29,473 nt of DNA from Candidatus Firestoneibacteriota bacterium (GCA_043822305.1 JBDRBU010000027.1:1-29473); one strand, 5' to 3'. Positions 7,653-17,843 are shown, numbered from the stretch's first letter. Notes: a model not told the origin generated them from the sequence alone. Numbers and translations are program-made.

Positions 7653-9430
7653 CCCTTTTTCAAAAAATTTAATAAATCTTTTAATTCTTTACAATTTAAC
7701 ACATCTTTTTTCTCAAGCCATCCACGTCTTGCCGTAATAACTCCAAAACTCATCCAATTTAGATTCTCTTTAGAATGTGCATCTGTATTTAGACAAACTA
7801 AAACATTTTTTTCTTTTGCTACTTTGCAATATACATCTATCAAATCCAATCTTTTAGGATAAGCATTTAATTCCAGGGCTACACCATAATCTTTTGCTGC
7901 TTTTATTATTTCATCCAAATCTATTTCATAACCTTCTCTTTCACCTAAAAGCCTTCCAGAAGGATGACCAAATATATGCATTTTTTTAGTTCTTATTGCC
8001 TTTATTACCCTTTTCGTCATCTCATCTTTTTTCATATTAAAATTCGTATGTATAGAACCAATAACAAAATCTAACTCGTTTAAGACATCATCATTATAAT
8101 CCAAACTACCATCGGATTTTATATCCACCTCGCTTCCGGATAGAACATAGAAATCTTTTAATTTCTCATTTAACTTTCTGATAGTCTTAATCTGAACTAA
8201 TAAACTCTTTTTATCCAGCCCCCGTGCAACTTTCAAGGACTGTGAGTGTTCTGTTATCCCTATATATTTATAACCCTTTTTTTGGCACTTGAGAATAATA
8301 TCCTCTAGATCATCAGTGCCATCACTCGCTTTTGTATGAATATGTAAATCACCCTTAATATCTGACTCTTCAACTAATTTTGGAATTTGATTTTTCGCTG
8401 CAAGTTCTATTTCCCCTCTATCTTCTCTTATTTCAGGTGGTATATATTGTAAACCTAAAACCTTGTAGATATGCTCTTCTGTATCACGAGCCATAACTTC
8501 ATTTTCCCTGGTAACACCATATTCGTTAACTTTAAGCCCTTTTTTTATAGCAAGTTCTCTTAGATGAATATTATGCTCTTTTGAACCAGTAAAGTAATTT
8601 AAGGCGGCACCGAAACATTCTGGTTTTATTACTCTTAAGTCCACTTGAATTCCATCTTTTGTTAAAATAGAAGACTTTGTCTCTCCTTTGGCTAAAACTT
8701 CACTTACAACATTTAATTCAGTAAATCTATCCATAATCTTTGTTGAAAAATTTGAAGTAATTAAAATATCTATATCTTTTATCGTTTCTTTCCCTCTTCT
8801 TACACTTCCGGCAACTTCAATTTTATCTATTTCTTTTATTTTCTTTAATTTATTTATTATTAAATTTGCAAGTGGAAGAGCAACACCAAGTGTAACTTTA
8901 CCTTTCCACTTTTTTAGGAATTCTATACCTTTCAAAATTTTTTCTTCAGATTTCTTACCCATTCCCGGCAATTTACATAATTTATGTTCTTTGGCTGCTT
9001 GTTCTAATTCTTCCATGCTTTTTATCTTTAATTTTTCAAAGAACTGTTTTACTTTCTTTGGCCCCATCCCCGACACAGAAAGTAAACCCCGCACCCTCTG
9101 GTGGTGCGTGGGTAAACCCCGCACCCTCTGGTGGTGCGTGGGTAAATCTATCAACCCTTCCGGAAATTTTCTTTCCAATTCTTCAAGTTGACTAATTTTT
9201 CCTGTTTTTACATATTCTTCTATCTTTAAAGCAATCCTTTCTCCTACTCCAGAAATTTCTCTTAAACCTTTCATACCCTTTTCTTTGTAAATTTTTTCTA
9301 AATCCACCGGATATACACTTAAAATCTCAGATGCTTTATAATATGCCCTTACCCTAAACATATTCTCACCATCTATTTCAAGAAGTTTGCTTATCTTATA
9401 AAACATTTCCCCTATCTTTGCATTATTCAT
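7649..9430 (-). CDS. polX: DNA polymerase X / PHP 3'-5' exonuclease with a 20-aa repeat-derived insertion
   Basis: ENMFRVRAY, AGSVRR, KDIDIL, QVDLR, YFTGSKEHN; PHP motifs GDLHIHT, TEHS and NTDAH. Confidence 0.95.
   Translation of the reverse strand: MNNAKIGEMFYKISKLLEIDGENMFRVRAYYKASEILSVYPVDLEKIYKEKGMKGLREISGVGERIALKIEEYVKTGKISQLEELERKFPEGLIDLPTHHQRVRGLPTHHQRVRGLLSVSGMGPKKVKQFFEKLKIKSMEELEQAAKEHKLCKLPGMGKKSEEKILKGIEFLKKWKGKVTLGVALPLANLIINKLKKIKEIDKIEVAGSVRRGKETIKDIDILITSNFSTKIMDRFTELNVVSEVLAKGETKSSILTKDGIQVDLRVIKPECFGAALNYFTGSKEHNIHLRELAIKKGLKVNEYGVTRENEVMARDTEEHIYKVLGLQYIPPEIREDRGEIELAAKNQIPKLVEESDIKGDLHIHTKASDGTDDLEDIILKCQKKGYKYIGITEHSQSLKVARGLDKKSLLVQIKTIRKLNEKLKDFYVLSGSEVDIKSDGSLDYNDDVLNELDFVIGSIHTNFNMKKDEMTKRVIKAIRTKKMHIFGHPSGRLLGEREGYEIDLDEIIKAAKDYGVALELNAYPKRLDLIDVYCKVAKEKNVLVCLNTDAHSKENLNWMSFGVITARRGWLEKKDVLNCKELKDLLNFLKKG
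9082..9146 (-). repeat. Two tandem 30-bp hairpin units (TTTACCCACGCACCACCAGAGGGTGCGGGG) plus TTTAC, in frame within polX
   Basis: Reverse complement matches the 5242-5361 unit at 29/30 positions; encodes LPTHHQRVRG twice. Confidence 0.97.
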
Positions 9431-9445
9431 ATTTTTCCAATACTT

Positions 9446-9760
9446 TCATATACTACTATTTATCCAATCCAAATAATCCTTATTACCATCAATGATTGGT
9501 AAAGCAATTACTTCCGGGACTGAATAACTATGGATTTTTTTAACTTCTTTAATCAATTTATTTAAAACACTTTTTTTTGTTTTTATAACGAGTAACAATT
9601 CTTTTGACTTTTCAATTTTTTCCTTCCACCAGTAAGTTGAAGAAATATTAGGAATTTCATTTACACATGCAGCCAGTTTGTTTTTAATCAAATACTCTGT
9701 AATTTTCTTGCTTTCTTTTTTACTGCTTACTGTAATAAATACTACTATATAATTTTTCAT
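9446..9760 (-). CDS. cutA: Divalent-cation tolerance protein CutA
   Basis: LAACVN, STYWW, HSYSVPEVIALPI. Confidence 0.95.
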   Translation of the reverse strand: MKNYIVVFITVSSKKESKKITEYLIKNKLAACVNEIPNISSTYWWKEKIEKSKELLLVIKTKKSVLNKLIKEVKKIHSYSVPEVIALPIIDGNKDYLDWINSSI

Positions 9761-9766
9761 ATATGA

Positions 9767-10990
9767 TTAAGAGAAAAATATCAGTAATAACCCGAGTAAA
9801 GGTAAAAAAAGTGATAAAAGAATTAAATATGGATAAACATCTGTTATCTCTACTCCAAAATATTCACAGGTAAATAAATAACATAAATGAATAGGGGATA
9901 ACATTACGCCTGTATATCCGCTTATAAACGCAAAAGATAAATAATGCAAATCAACTACTCCACCGTTAGTTATAAGTGGAAGTATTAATGGGAAGGTAAT
10001 TCCAACAAACGCCTGCACAACACCTGTTAGAAGTCCTACTAAGAAAGGCATGAAAAATAAAATGACTAAAGTATTTAATTTCATTATGGTAAAAAAATTT
10101 TTTAAATCAATTATAGCCTTACTTACTTCTAAAATATTTTTAAAATACATAACCCCAAATATTAAAAACATGATTTGCAAACTAAATGATTCTTTTAAAA
10201 AATTCAAAACATCCTTTAAGGAGAATTTATAAATAAAAAATAAGCATAAGATTATAACAATAAGTGAAATTATTAGACGAAGTTTAAAAAACATTACCGA
10301 AATTATTAAAAACAAGATAGGGAATACTCCTTCTAATAATGAAATTAAGTTGTTTTTAAATGGTTTATTTTCTCTTTTGTCTTCAATAACTTTTGGAACA
10401 TTACGAAATATAACAAACCAACCAGCCATTAACATAAATAGCGGATACCATATCTGAAATTTACTTATATCGCCTAAAGGAACACCAGAAAGAAATGAGG
10501 CTAAAATAATACCAGGATATAATGGAAAAACTGGTTCCCAAATATGTCTGAACCAGTAATTTACAAAACTCTTCTTTACATTATTGATATTTAAATCTTT
10601 ACTTACGGCACCAACTAATGGTGCTGAGAATCTTGCACCTCCTGCGGAAGGTAATGTTCCCAGAAATACCGGGAAGAATATTGCTGCTTTTCTAACATCT
10701 TTAATAAAAAAACCTATGGCATCAATCATTCTATCAAACACACCACTTTTACGCATAATGATTTCTAAAAGAGGAATAAGATATAATATTAACATTAATT
10801 CTAAAGTATCATTACTGATTAGAGTCTTAAAAACAAGTATAAATAATTTATTAATTTCTACTTTGAATATTAAACCTAAAATCCCTCCGGCTACTGTCAA
10901 AGAGACCCCCAAAGACACCTTAAGCCTGAGTAATATTAAAATTATTATAAATACTAGAATCAAATAAATTAAACTAGAAAATACTTCCAT
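9767..10990 (-). CDS. DUF401 family multi-pass membrane protein
   Basis: LPSAGGARFSAP, NYWFRHIWE..FPLYPG and GVMLSPIHLC motifs; many TM helices. Confidence 0.8.
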   Translation of the reverse strand: MEVFSSLIYLILVFIIILILLRLKVSLGVSLTVAGGILGLIFKVEINKLFILVFKTLISNDTLELMLILYLIPLLEIIMRKSGVFDRMIDAIGFFIKDVRKAAIFFPVFLGTLPSAGGARFSAPLVGAVSKDLNINNVKKSFVNYWFRHIWEPVFPLYPGIILASFLSGVPLGDISKFQIWYPLFMLMAGWFVIFRNVPKVIEDKRENKPFKNNLISLLEGVFPILFLIISVMFFKLRLIISLIVIILCLFFIYKFSLKDVLNFLKESFSLQIMFLIFGVMYFKNILEVSKAIIDLKNFFTIMKLNTLVILFFMPFLVGLLTGVVQAFVGITFPLILPLITNGGVVDLHYLSFAFISGYTGVMLSPIHLCYLFTCEYFGVEITDVYPYLILLSLFLPLLGLLLIFFS

Positions 10991-10992
10991 TT

Positions 10993-12651
10993 TTACATCC
11001 TATCCGGAGCGGATACTCCAAGAATATCTAAACCTTTCTTTAAAACTATCTTTACGGCATTACATAAAACAAGTCTTGAATAAGTCAAATCCTTATCGTC
11101 TGTTATTACTCTATGCTTTGTATAAAAAGAATGGAATGAAGAAGCAAGTTCTTCAAGATACTTACAAACCAAATGAGGTTGATAACTTATACCCGAAAAT
11201 ATCAATGTATCCTGAAAAACACTTATTTTTCTCATTAGTTCTATCTCTTCAGATTCCTTTAATAATTCTAATTTAGATTCTTTAACAGACTTTAACTTAA
11301 TTTCACCTGATTTAGCAAATTCAATTATATTACATATTCTGGCATGAGCATACTGGACATAGTAAACTGGATTTTCATTGGATTGTTTTTTGGCCTGGTC
11401 AATATCAAAATCTAAATGACTGTTTAAACTCCTCCTTATGAAAAAATACTTAGCCGCATCAGCACCAACTTCAGAAACTAATTCATTCATTGTTACAAAA
11501 CTTCCTTCTCTCTTGCTCATCTTAAATGGTTTACCATCTTTTATAAGATTTACCTGTTGGGCAATTAGAACATTAAATGTTGCAACATCTCTTCCAAATG
11601 CTTGTACTGCTCCTCTCATTCTTGGTATATAACCATGATGGTCTGGCCCCCATATATCTATGATTTGCTCAAAACCCCTGTCATATTTATTTTTATGATA
11701 CGCAATATCAGCCGCTAAATAAGTATAAGTTCCATCATTTTTTTGTAACACTCTATCCTTGTCATCTCCAAACAATGTGGATTTAAACCAAAGCGCATCT
11801 TCTTTTTTTTCTGTATATTGATTTTTCTCAAAAACCTCAATGGCTCTTTTTACTTGTCCACTTATATGTAAATCTATTTCTTTAAACCAGACATCAAACT
11901 TCACACCATAATCTTCTAAACTCTTTCTTTGAATTCCTATCATCCACTCTAAACCTTTTTCCTTAAACAATTTTATTCTTTCATCTTCACCTAAACTAAT
12001 ATATTTATCCCCTTCTTCATTTATTATTCTTCGGGCAATATCCTTTATATATTCTCCAGCATAGAAGTCTTGAGGAAAATCAATCTTTTTACCTAATAAT
12101 TCTTCATACCTTAAACTTATTGATTTACCAAAAATTTCAATTTGATTTCCAACATCATTAATATAATATTCTTTTGTCACATTATACCCAATATTTTCAA
12201 GTAAATTAGATAAAGAATTACCAACGGCGGCTGCTCTTGCATTTACTATATTAAGTGGACCAACTGGATTTGCACTTACAAATTCAATATTTACTTTTTT
12301 GCCTTTGCCTTCATCGGATTTAGCAAAATTCTCGTTTTCTTCTATTTCAATTAGTAGACCAGATAGGTATTTTTCGCTAAAAAAGAAATTTATAAATCCT
12401 GCACCGGCCATATCTACTTTTGAAATTAACTCTTTATCTATCCTTATGTTTTTAACTATCTCTTCCGCGATTTCAATAGGTGATTTATTTAATATCTTAC
12501 TTAAAGACAAAGCAATATTACATGATATATCGCCAAACTTTGTAAATCTGGGAACTTCAAAATTTATTTCCGGGATATCTTTTATTTTATATATCTTTAT
12601 TAAATTATTTTTTATCTCTTCTTTTAGATAGCTTTTTATATTTTTTTTCAT
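10993..12651 (-). CDS. argS: Arginine--tRNA ligase
   Basis: EFVSANPVGPL, GPDHHGY, KMSKREG, NPVYYVQYAHAR, LGVSAPDRM. Confidence 0.98.
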   Translation of the reverse strand: MKKNIKSYLKEEIKNNLIKIYKIKDIPEINFEVPRFTKFGDISCNIALSLSKILNKSPIEIAEEIVKNIRIDKELISKVDMAGAGFINFFFSEKYLSGLLIEIEENENFAKSDEGKGKKVNIEFVSANPVGPLNIVNARAAAVGNSLSNLLENIGYNVTKEYYINDVGNQIEIFGKSISLRYEELLGKKIDFPQDFYAGEYIKDIARRIINEEGDKYISLGEDERIKLFKEKGLEWMIGIQRKSLEDYGVKFDVWFKEIDLHISGQVKRAIEVFEKNQYTEKKEDALWFKSTLFGDDKDRVLQKNDGTYTYLAADIAYHKNKYDRGFEQIIDIWGPDHHGYIPRMRGAVQAFGRDVATFNVLIAQQVNLIKDGKPFKMSKREGSFVTMNELVSEVGADAAKYFFIRRSLNSHLDFDIDQAKKQSNENPVYYVQYAHARICNIIEFAKSGEIKLKSVKESKLELLKESEEIELMRKISVFQDTLIFSGISYQPHLVCKYLEELASSFHSFYTKHRVITDDKDLTYSRLVLCNAVKIVLKKGLDILGVSAPDRM

Positions 12652-13003
12652 GCTTATCCTTTAACTTAATAAATTTTGCATCTCCCCATAATCTTTCTAA
12701 AGCATAAAATTTTCTTGTATTCTCTTCAAATACATGAACTATAACATCGATATAGTCAAGCAGTATCCAACTACTTCCGACATCTTCTTCTTTATGAAAA
12801 GGATAAACCTTTTCCTCGCCCAACTTTTCATCTATATAATCTGCAATTGCTTTAACTTGAGTGGAAGAATTACCACTTAATATAACAAAAAAATCTGTTA
12901 TATAATCTATCTTCCTTAAATCTAAAATTAAAATATCCGATGCTTTCTTATCACTGGCAAGATTTGCAATAAACTTAGCGAAACTTAAACCGATTGATTT
13001 CAT
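12605..13003 (-). CDS. rsfS: Ribosome silencing factor RsfS (Iojap)
   Basis: DKKASDI, WILLDYIDVIVHVF, FYALERLWGDA; nadD-yqeK-LCP-rsfS synteny. Confidence 0.95.
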   Translation of the reverse strand: MKSIGLSFAKFIANLASDKKASDILILDLRKIDYITDFFVILSGNSSTQVKAIADYIDEKLGEEKVYPFHKEEDVGSSWILLDYIDVIVHVFEENTRKFYALERLWGDAKFIKLKDKHEKKYKKLSKRRDKK

Positions 13004-13021
13004 AATTCTCCTTTTATTATT

Positions 13022-13852
13022 TTATCTAATTTTCTTTACTATTTCATCAATCTCATGATAATCTGGTTTCCAAAAATAAATACCATTAATTTTTATATCC
13101 TCTCCTGGTAAAACAATTTTTTCTGATTTATTTAATTCAAATTTATTGAATTTTTCAAATAAAAAAATCGCCTTATCCAAAGAAATATTTGTATTCATAT
13201 GCTTGTATATTGCTTTGTAAATTAACGGAATTTCTTTTATGGTTAATTTCTTTTTGCAATCATTTAAAATTGTAAACAAAAATTTCTGATGCCTTTCAAT
13301 CCTTCCAAAATCTGCTTGATTATCAGCTCGGAATCTTAAATACTCAATTACCTTCTTACCGTTTAAATCATATATCCCCGGCTTAAAATTAATTGTTAAA
13401 CCACATGATTTATCTTCATAACACATTTTTTTCTCAATCTTTACCCTGGCTCCCCCTAATAAATCTACTATCTCTTTAACCCCATCGTAATTAGTTTGAA
13501 TATAATAAGGTATACTAATATTTAATAATTTTTCTACTTCTCTTGTAACTTTAGAAGAAGCATCTTTATGCCCTCCCTTAGAAAAGTTATAAACATAAAC
13601 CTCATTTATTTTAACATTCTTGCCTCGAAACGAGACCAAGGTATCCCGTGGAATGGAGACAAAGATTATTTTACTTTCTTTTGTATTAAAACTCATGAGC
13701 ATTATTGTATCTGCATGATGAGTATATTTGTCCGAACTATCTACGCCTAAAATTAAAACATTCATATCCTTATTAATTTTAAACCAGACAAGGAGCACAA
13801 TAAACACTAAAACAACTATTATGATCAGTAGTTTTATTATTTTAAAAATCAT
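13022..13852 (-). CDS. LytR-CpsA-Psr (LCP) family protein
   Basis: N-terminal TM; LILGVD, DTIML, SIPRDT, YLRFR, DFGRIERHQ. Confidence 0.92.
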   Translation of the reverse strand: MIFKIIKLLIIIVVLVFIVLLVWFKINKDMNVLILGVDSSDKYTHHADTIMLMSFNTKESKIIFVSIPRDTLVSFRGKNVKINEVYVYNFSKGGHKDASSKVTREVEKLLNISIPYYIQTNYDGVKEIVDLLGGARVKIEKKMCYEDKSCGLTINFKPGIYDLNGKKVIEYLRFRADNQADFGRIERHQKFLFTILNDCKKKLTIKEIPLIYKAIYKHMNTNISLDKAIFLFEKFNKFELNKSEKIVLPGEDIKINGIYFWKPDYHEIDEIVKKIR

Positions 13853-14406
13853 TTAACATACCCGTTCCACGCATAAATTGAACGTGGGTGAATTAAACCT
13901 TTTTTATTTAAAACATAATTTATTTTCTTCGCTAAGGCACAGATGAATCCTGTTTCCAAATTTAAAAATGCCGCTCTTCTTATTAAATCAACTCCTTTAA
14001 AATTTCTATTTCGTTCGATTATATCAGAGATATAAATTATTTTATCAAGTTTGCTCATTTTCACATCACCTGTACTATGTTTTCTTATAGCGCTTAAAAT
14101 TTCCATGTCTTTTATACCAAATTCTTTTCTTGCAATTATTTCACCTAATTTATTATGCCATAGTGCTTTAATTTTTTTCTCATATTTATCAAGTTTAAGA
14201 GATTTTAAATATTTTTTATTATTCTCAACTTCCTTCCCTGCATCATGAAGCAAGGCAGATAAAACAGTTTTCTTCATATCAACCTTATATTTCTTGGCTA
14301 ATTTCATAGAAACATTTAAGACTCCCAGAGTGTGTCTATATTTCTCTCTTGTTAATTTTCTCCTTAAATATCTTTTTATCTCATTCCCTGTATAACTTTT
14401 TTTCAT
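13849..14406 (-). CDS. yqeK: HD-domain Ap4A hydrolase YqeK
   Basis: RHTLGV, ALLHDAGK, H, HSTG, KIIYISD.IE..R; follows nadD. Confidence 0.88.
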   Translation of the reverse strand: MKKSYTGNEIKRYLRRKLTREKYRHTLGVLNVSMKLAKKYKVDMKKTVLSALLHDAGKEVENNKKYLKSLKLDKYEKKIKALWHNKLGEIIARKEFGIKDMEILSAIRKHSTGDVKMSKLDKIIYISDIIERNRNFKGVDLIRRAAFLNLETGFICALAKKINYVLNKKGLIHPRSIYAWNGYVK

Positions 14407-14962
14407 AAATATATTTTTCTACTCCATTCGGAACCAAATACTTTATAGATTCATCTTTTTTTACCAATCTCCTGATTTCCCTGGAGGATATATTTTCACT
14501 TTGAATATCTATAAATTTACCTATTTTTTTTATCTCTTCTTTTGGCACCTTAAAGCCCTGCCTGGTCATAACAATAAAATTACACAGTTTTATTAGTTTT
14601 TTAATATCTTTCCAGGCATGTAACTCCCTGACAATATCAGAACCTATAATAAAATATAGTTTGACACTACTTCCTAACCTTTTTTTAAAGTATCTTACAG
14701 TATCAATAGAATATGCTTTCTCTTTTCCCTTTATTTCATAATTAGATATAGAAAATTTTTGATTACCTTTTATGGCCAGTTTAACCATAGCAAACCTATG
14801 CTTGGCCTGTGTTATGTTTTTACAACTTTTATGCGGAGGGACACCTGTTGGAACAAATATTATTTTATCCAATTTTAAAATCCTGAATATATCCTCAGCC
14901 GCAATTAAATGCCCTGTATGTATTGGGTCAAATGTTCCCCCAAATAATGCAATTTTAACCAT
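14381..14962 (-). CDS. nadD: Nicotinate-nucleotide adenylyltransferase
   Basis: FGGTFDPIHTGH, PPHK, FIIGSD, ISSREIR. Confidence 0.96.
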   Translation of the reverse strand: MVKIALFGGTFDPIHTGHLIAAEDIFRILKLDKIIFVPTGVPPHKSCKNITQAKHRFAMVKLAIKGNQKFSISNYEIKGKEKAYSIDTVRYFKKRLGSSVKLYFIIGSDIVRELHAWKDIKKLIKLCNFIVMTRQGFKVPKEEIKKIGKFIDIQSENISSREIRRLVKKDESIKYLVPNGVEKYIYEKKLYRE

Positions 14963-14971
14963 AAATCCTCT

Positions 14972-17761
14972 TTAAAACATATGTCCTAATCCCAGATAAT
15001 ATACTTCTGTTGAAAATCTATCTGTTCTTTTGGCGACATCAAATCTTAGAATTAATGGATAGTATTCTCCAATAAATGTATGTAACCTTAATCCAACTCC
15101 GACACTATTTCTAAAATTTTCCCATGGAAAATAATCAAACCCATCCCATACTGCTCCCTCATCCATAAATAGAACTACTTTAAGTTTCTTAATAAGAAGT
15201 AAGTTAAGCGGTAAAATTACATAGTTAATATTATCTATTAAAGGAAATCTGAATTCTATATTTGCCAGAAACATATTGTTTCCGGAATATTCATCAAAAT
15301 CATAACCCCTTAATGAATACATTCCGCCTAATCCAAAATTCCCTCGATCAGTATCTGTACTTGCTCCAGCGAAAAGTCTTAATCCCAGCGTCATCTCTCT
15401 ATCAAATGCAAAATATTGCTGATATTCAGTAAAGATATTTGTATGCCTTTGCTGTCCACCAAAAAATAAATCTGCTCTTTCTATTGTTAAATTATTAGCA
15501 GACCCATAACAAACTTCATCTATGTTATACGCTAATTTATCTCTTACAAAAGAAATCCCTACTGAATTTATCAAATCTTTATATGATTCTCCTGCTCCCT
15601 CATAAAATGCCTTTTCGCTAATCTTTGTCGTAAAATTTAATTCTACCCTATGAAATCTATCAAAAGGATAAATCAAAGGAAGACTCAACCCAGTGTCTTC
15701 TATATAATATTTTCCAACTATCTCGCTATTATCCACTGATAATCCATAATTTCTCCATGTAAAAAGAGATACTCCGAAATTTATTCTATTGGCACTATTT
15801 ATATAACTCAATTGAAAACCACTTTGATAATCTTTTACAATTCCTCCGTATAGTTCAAGTCTATGGTCCCCAAACAAGTCAGATGCCTGTGTATACCCAC
15901 CTCCAACAAATCCATTGGCCGTATCGTAACCAATTAAAAAGTATATCAAATCTAATGAAAAATTAAAATTATAAGGAACTACAGGAAAATTGGAAAATTT
16001 ATAATCCTTTTTGGCAAGTTTCATAACAACACTTTGATTTAATTCCACAACCGGTAAGGTTTCTATTCTGGGACTATCTATAATATAAATATTATAACAA
16101 CCAGATTCATAATAACTACAAACTATCTTCTTACCATCGAAAGAGTACTTAGGATTAAATATACCACCTCTAACATCCGTGATTTTATAAATTTTATTAT
16201 CATTCAAATTAAATATATATAAATTATAAATTTTATCAAAGTTAGAAGTAAATACAATATTGCCCTCCGGGGAAATTGAAGGTGAAACAATATTATTATT
16301 ACCCTGAATTAGCGGCTTGATTTCTCTTTTATCATTTAAATAATCACTTATCAAAAATAAATTTCTATTACCTTCTCTTTCAGAAACATAAATAATATCT
16401 TGGCCATCTAAAGAAAAAATAGGTTCATTGTCATCATACCTATCATTAGTTACCCTTAACAAATCTTGTCCATTTATTTTACAAATATAAATATCACTAA
16501 TTCCGCCTTTAACACCAACAAAAGTAATAATATTTTCTTGGCCAAAAGATGGAGAATAAACCGCATCAAAACCCAAATTATATTCATAAACTATTCTTTC
16601 TTCTTTTAAATCATAAATATAAATTTTGTAACTACCTGCTATTTTGCCAATAAAGGACAAATATTTACCATCCTTAGATATACTTAAAGCATTACCATTA
16701 GATAAGATACTATCAAATTTATTCCCTATTATTTCTCTTATATTAGAATTATTTAGATTGAGTTCATAAATACCTGTATAATTATTCCTGTCTGATAAAA
16801 AATAAATCTTGTCGGAGGTTGTATTAAATACAGGTTTTGTGTTATATGTTAATTTTTCTTTTGTATCATATGTTAATGGCTGACCATAATCTTTTGCTTC
16901 TTTTTTGCCTTTAACATCTCCCCAATGTTTCACTTTTAGCTCATACTGCCATTTCTTATCCAATTCCTGGGTATTGATTCCTATAATTTTTGTCAAAGCA
17001 CTGTCTAAAGTAGTTGAAAATTTTTCAAACTCCTTAAAAATCAATCCTATTTTATCAGGGCCATAATTTTTATCTATGAACTCTAATATGGATTGAGATT
17101 CTTTATACATTAAGACAACATCTCTTCCATCTAAATAATTAAAACTACTCAAATAATCAATTCCTTTTAATCTATCGTTAATAACAGCATCCCTTAATAA
17201 CATCTCTGTAGAAGAAGGGTCGTAATCATCTGCTTCATATTCTGCCATGCCTTCCATTAGCCAGAGAGGAACAAAAATACCTTTAATGAGTTTATAGGAC
17301 TTACCAAATCCGCCATAAAGAGTTTCAAACTGAAGACGATGTGTAAATTCATGTGTAATAACTTCTTCTAATCTTTTTGGAGAAGGGACAAGAGGTAAGG
17401 CTATTCTGTCTTTAAATACTTCTGTAAATCCACCAACCCCTTCAGTTATGAGTTCCGACACTACATTTGTTTGCTCAAAATCAACATGGTCTTTATAGAT
17501 AATAAGTTTAACATAATCAGCTGGAACTATTTTAAGATGATTTGTTACCTTACGGTAGGCATTTTCAGCATATATGGCAACTTCTTTTATAATCTCTTCA
17601 TTTTCACCATAGAAATATATTTCAAAATTATTGGTAAGTAAAATATTCCAATCAAGATTTCTATAAATAACTTTATTCTTACCAAATGTTAAACAAAATG
17701 ATGGTGAAATTAACAATAAAATAATAAATATTATCTTTTTAAACAATCCATTGATTGTCAT
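14972..17761 (-). CDS. Secreted/outer-membrane protein: gluzincin-like (peptidase MA) domain, PD40 beta-propeller and Omp85/BamA-like barrel
   Basis: Signal peptide then FGKNKV; HEFTH...WLMEGMAEY; PD40 repeats (P.FS.DG); LRGY, NIEFRFP, SVGVGLR; terminal F. Confidence 0.8.
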   Translation of the reverse strand: MTINGLFKKIIFIILLLISPSFCLTFGKNKVIYRNLDWNILLTNNFEIYFYGENEEIIKEVAIYAENAYRKVTNHLKIVPADYVKLIIYKDHVDFEQTNVVSELITEGVGGFTEVFKDRIALPLVPSPKRLEEVITHEFTHRLQFETLYGGFGKSYKLIKGIFVPLWLMEGMAEYEADDYDPSSTEMLLRDAVINDRLKGIDYLSSFNYLDGRDVVLMYKESQSILEFIDKNYGPDKIGLIFKEFEKFSTTLDSALTKIIGINTQELDKKWQYELKVKHWGDVKGKKEAKDYGQPLTYDTKEKLTYNTKPVFNTTSDKIYFLSDRNNYTGIYELNLNNSNIREIIGNKFDSILSNGNALSISKDGKYLSFIGKIAGSYKIYIYDLKEERIVYEYNLGFDAVYSPSFGQENIITFVGVKGGISDIYICKINGQDLLRVTNDRYDDNEPIFSLDGQDIIYVSEREGNRNLFLISDYLNDKREIKPLIQGNNNIVSPSISPEGNIVFTSNFDKIYNLYIFNLNDNKIYKITDVRGGIFNPKYSFDGKKIVCSYYESGCYNIYIIDSPRIETLPVVELNQSVVMKLAKKDYKFSNFPVVPYNFNFSLDLIYFLIGYDTANGFVGGGYTQASDLFGDHRLELYGGIVKDYQSGFQLSYINSANRINFGVSLFTWRNYGLSVDNSEIVGKYYIEDTGLSLPLIYPFDRFHRVELNFTTKISEKAFYEGAGESYKDLINSVGISFVRDKLAYNIDEVCYGSANNLTIERADLFFGGQQRHTNIFTEYQQYFAFDREMTLGLRLFAGASTDTDRGNFGLGGMYSLRGYDFDEYSGNNMFLANIEFRFPLIDNINYVILPLNLLLIKKLKVVLFMDEGAVWDGFDYFPWENFRNSVGVGLRLHTFIGEYYPLILRFDVAKRTDRFSTEVYYLGLGHMF

Positions 17762-17766
17762 AGTAT

Positions 17767-17799
17767 ATTCCCCCTTAATAAAGGGGGTTAGGGGGTTGT
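17767..17799 (+). repeat. REP-like palindrome ATTCCCCCTTAATAAAGGGGGTTAGGGGGTTGT (partial second copy at 17829-17843)
   Basis: Exact 33-bp reverse complement of 27949-27981; related copy at 27823-27858. Confidence 0.9.
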
Positions 17800-17843
17800 C
17801 CTTTAATATATATCCCTCTAATTTTTAAATTCCCCCTTGATAA

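Noticed and set aside
7260..9430. queF beside polX as part of a 7-deazaguanine DNA-modification (dpd) system
   Set aside because: No dpdA/tgt-like, folE or queCDE genes in the window; a housekeeping queuosine role is simpler
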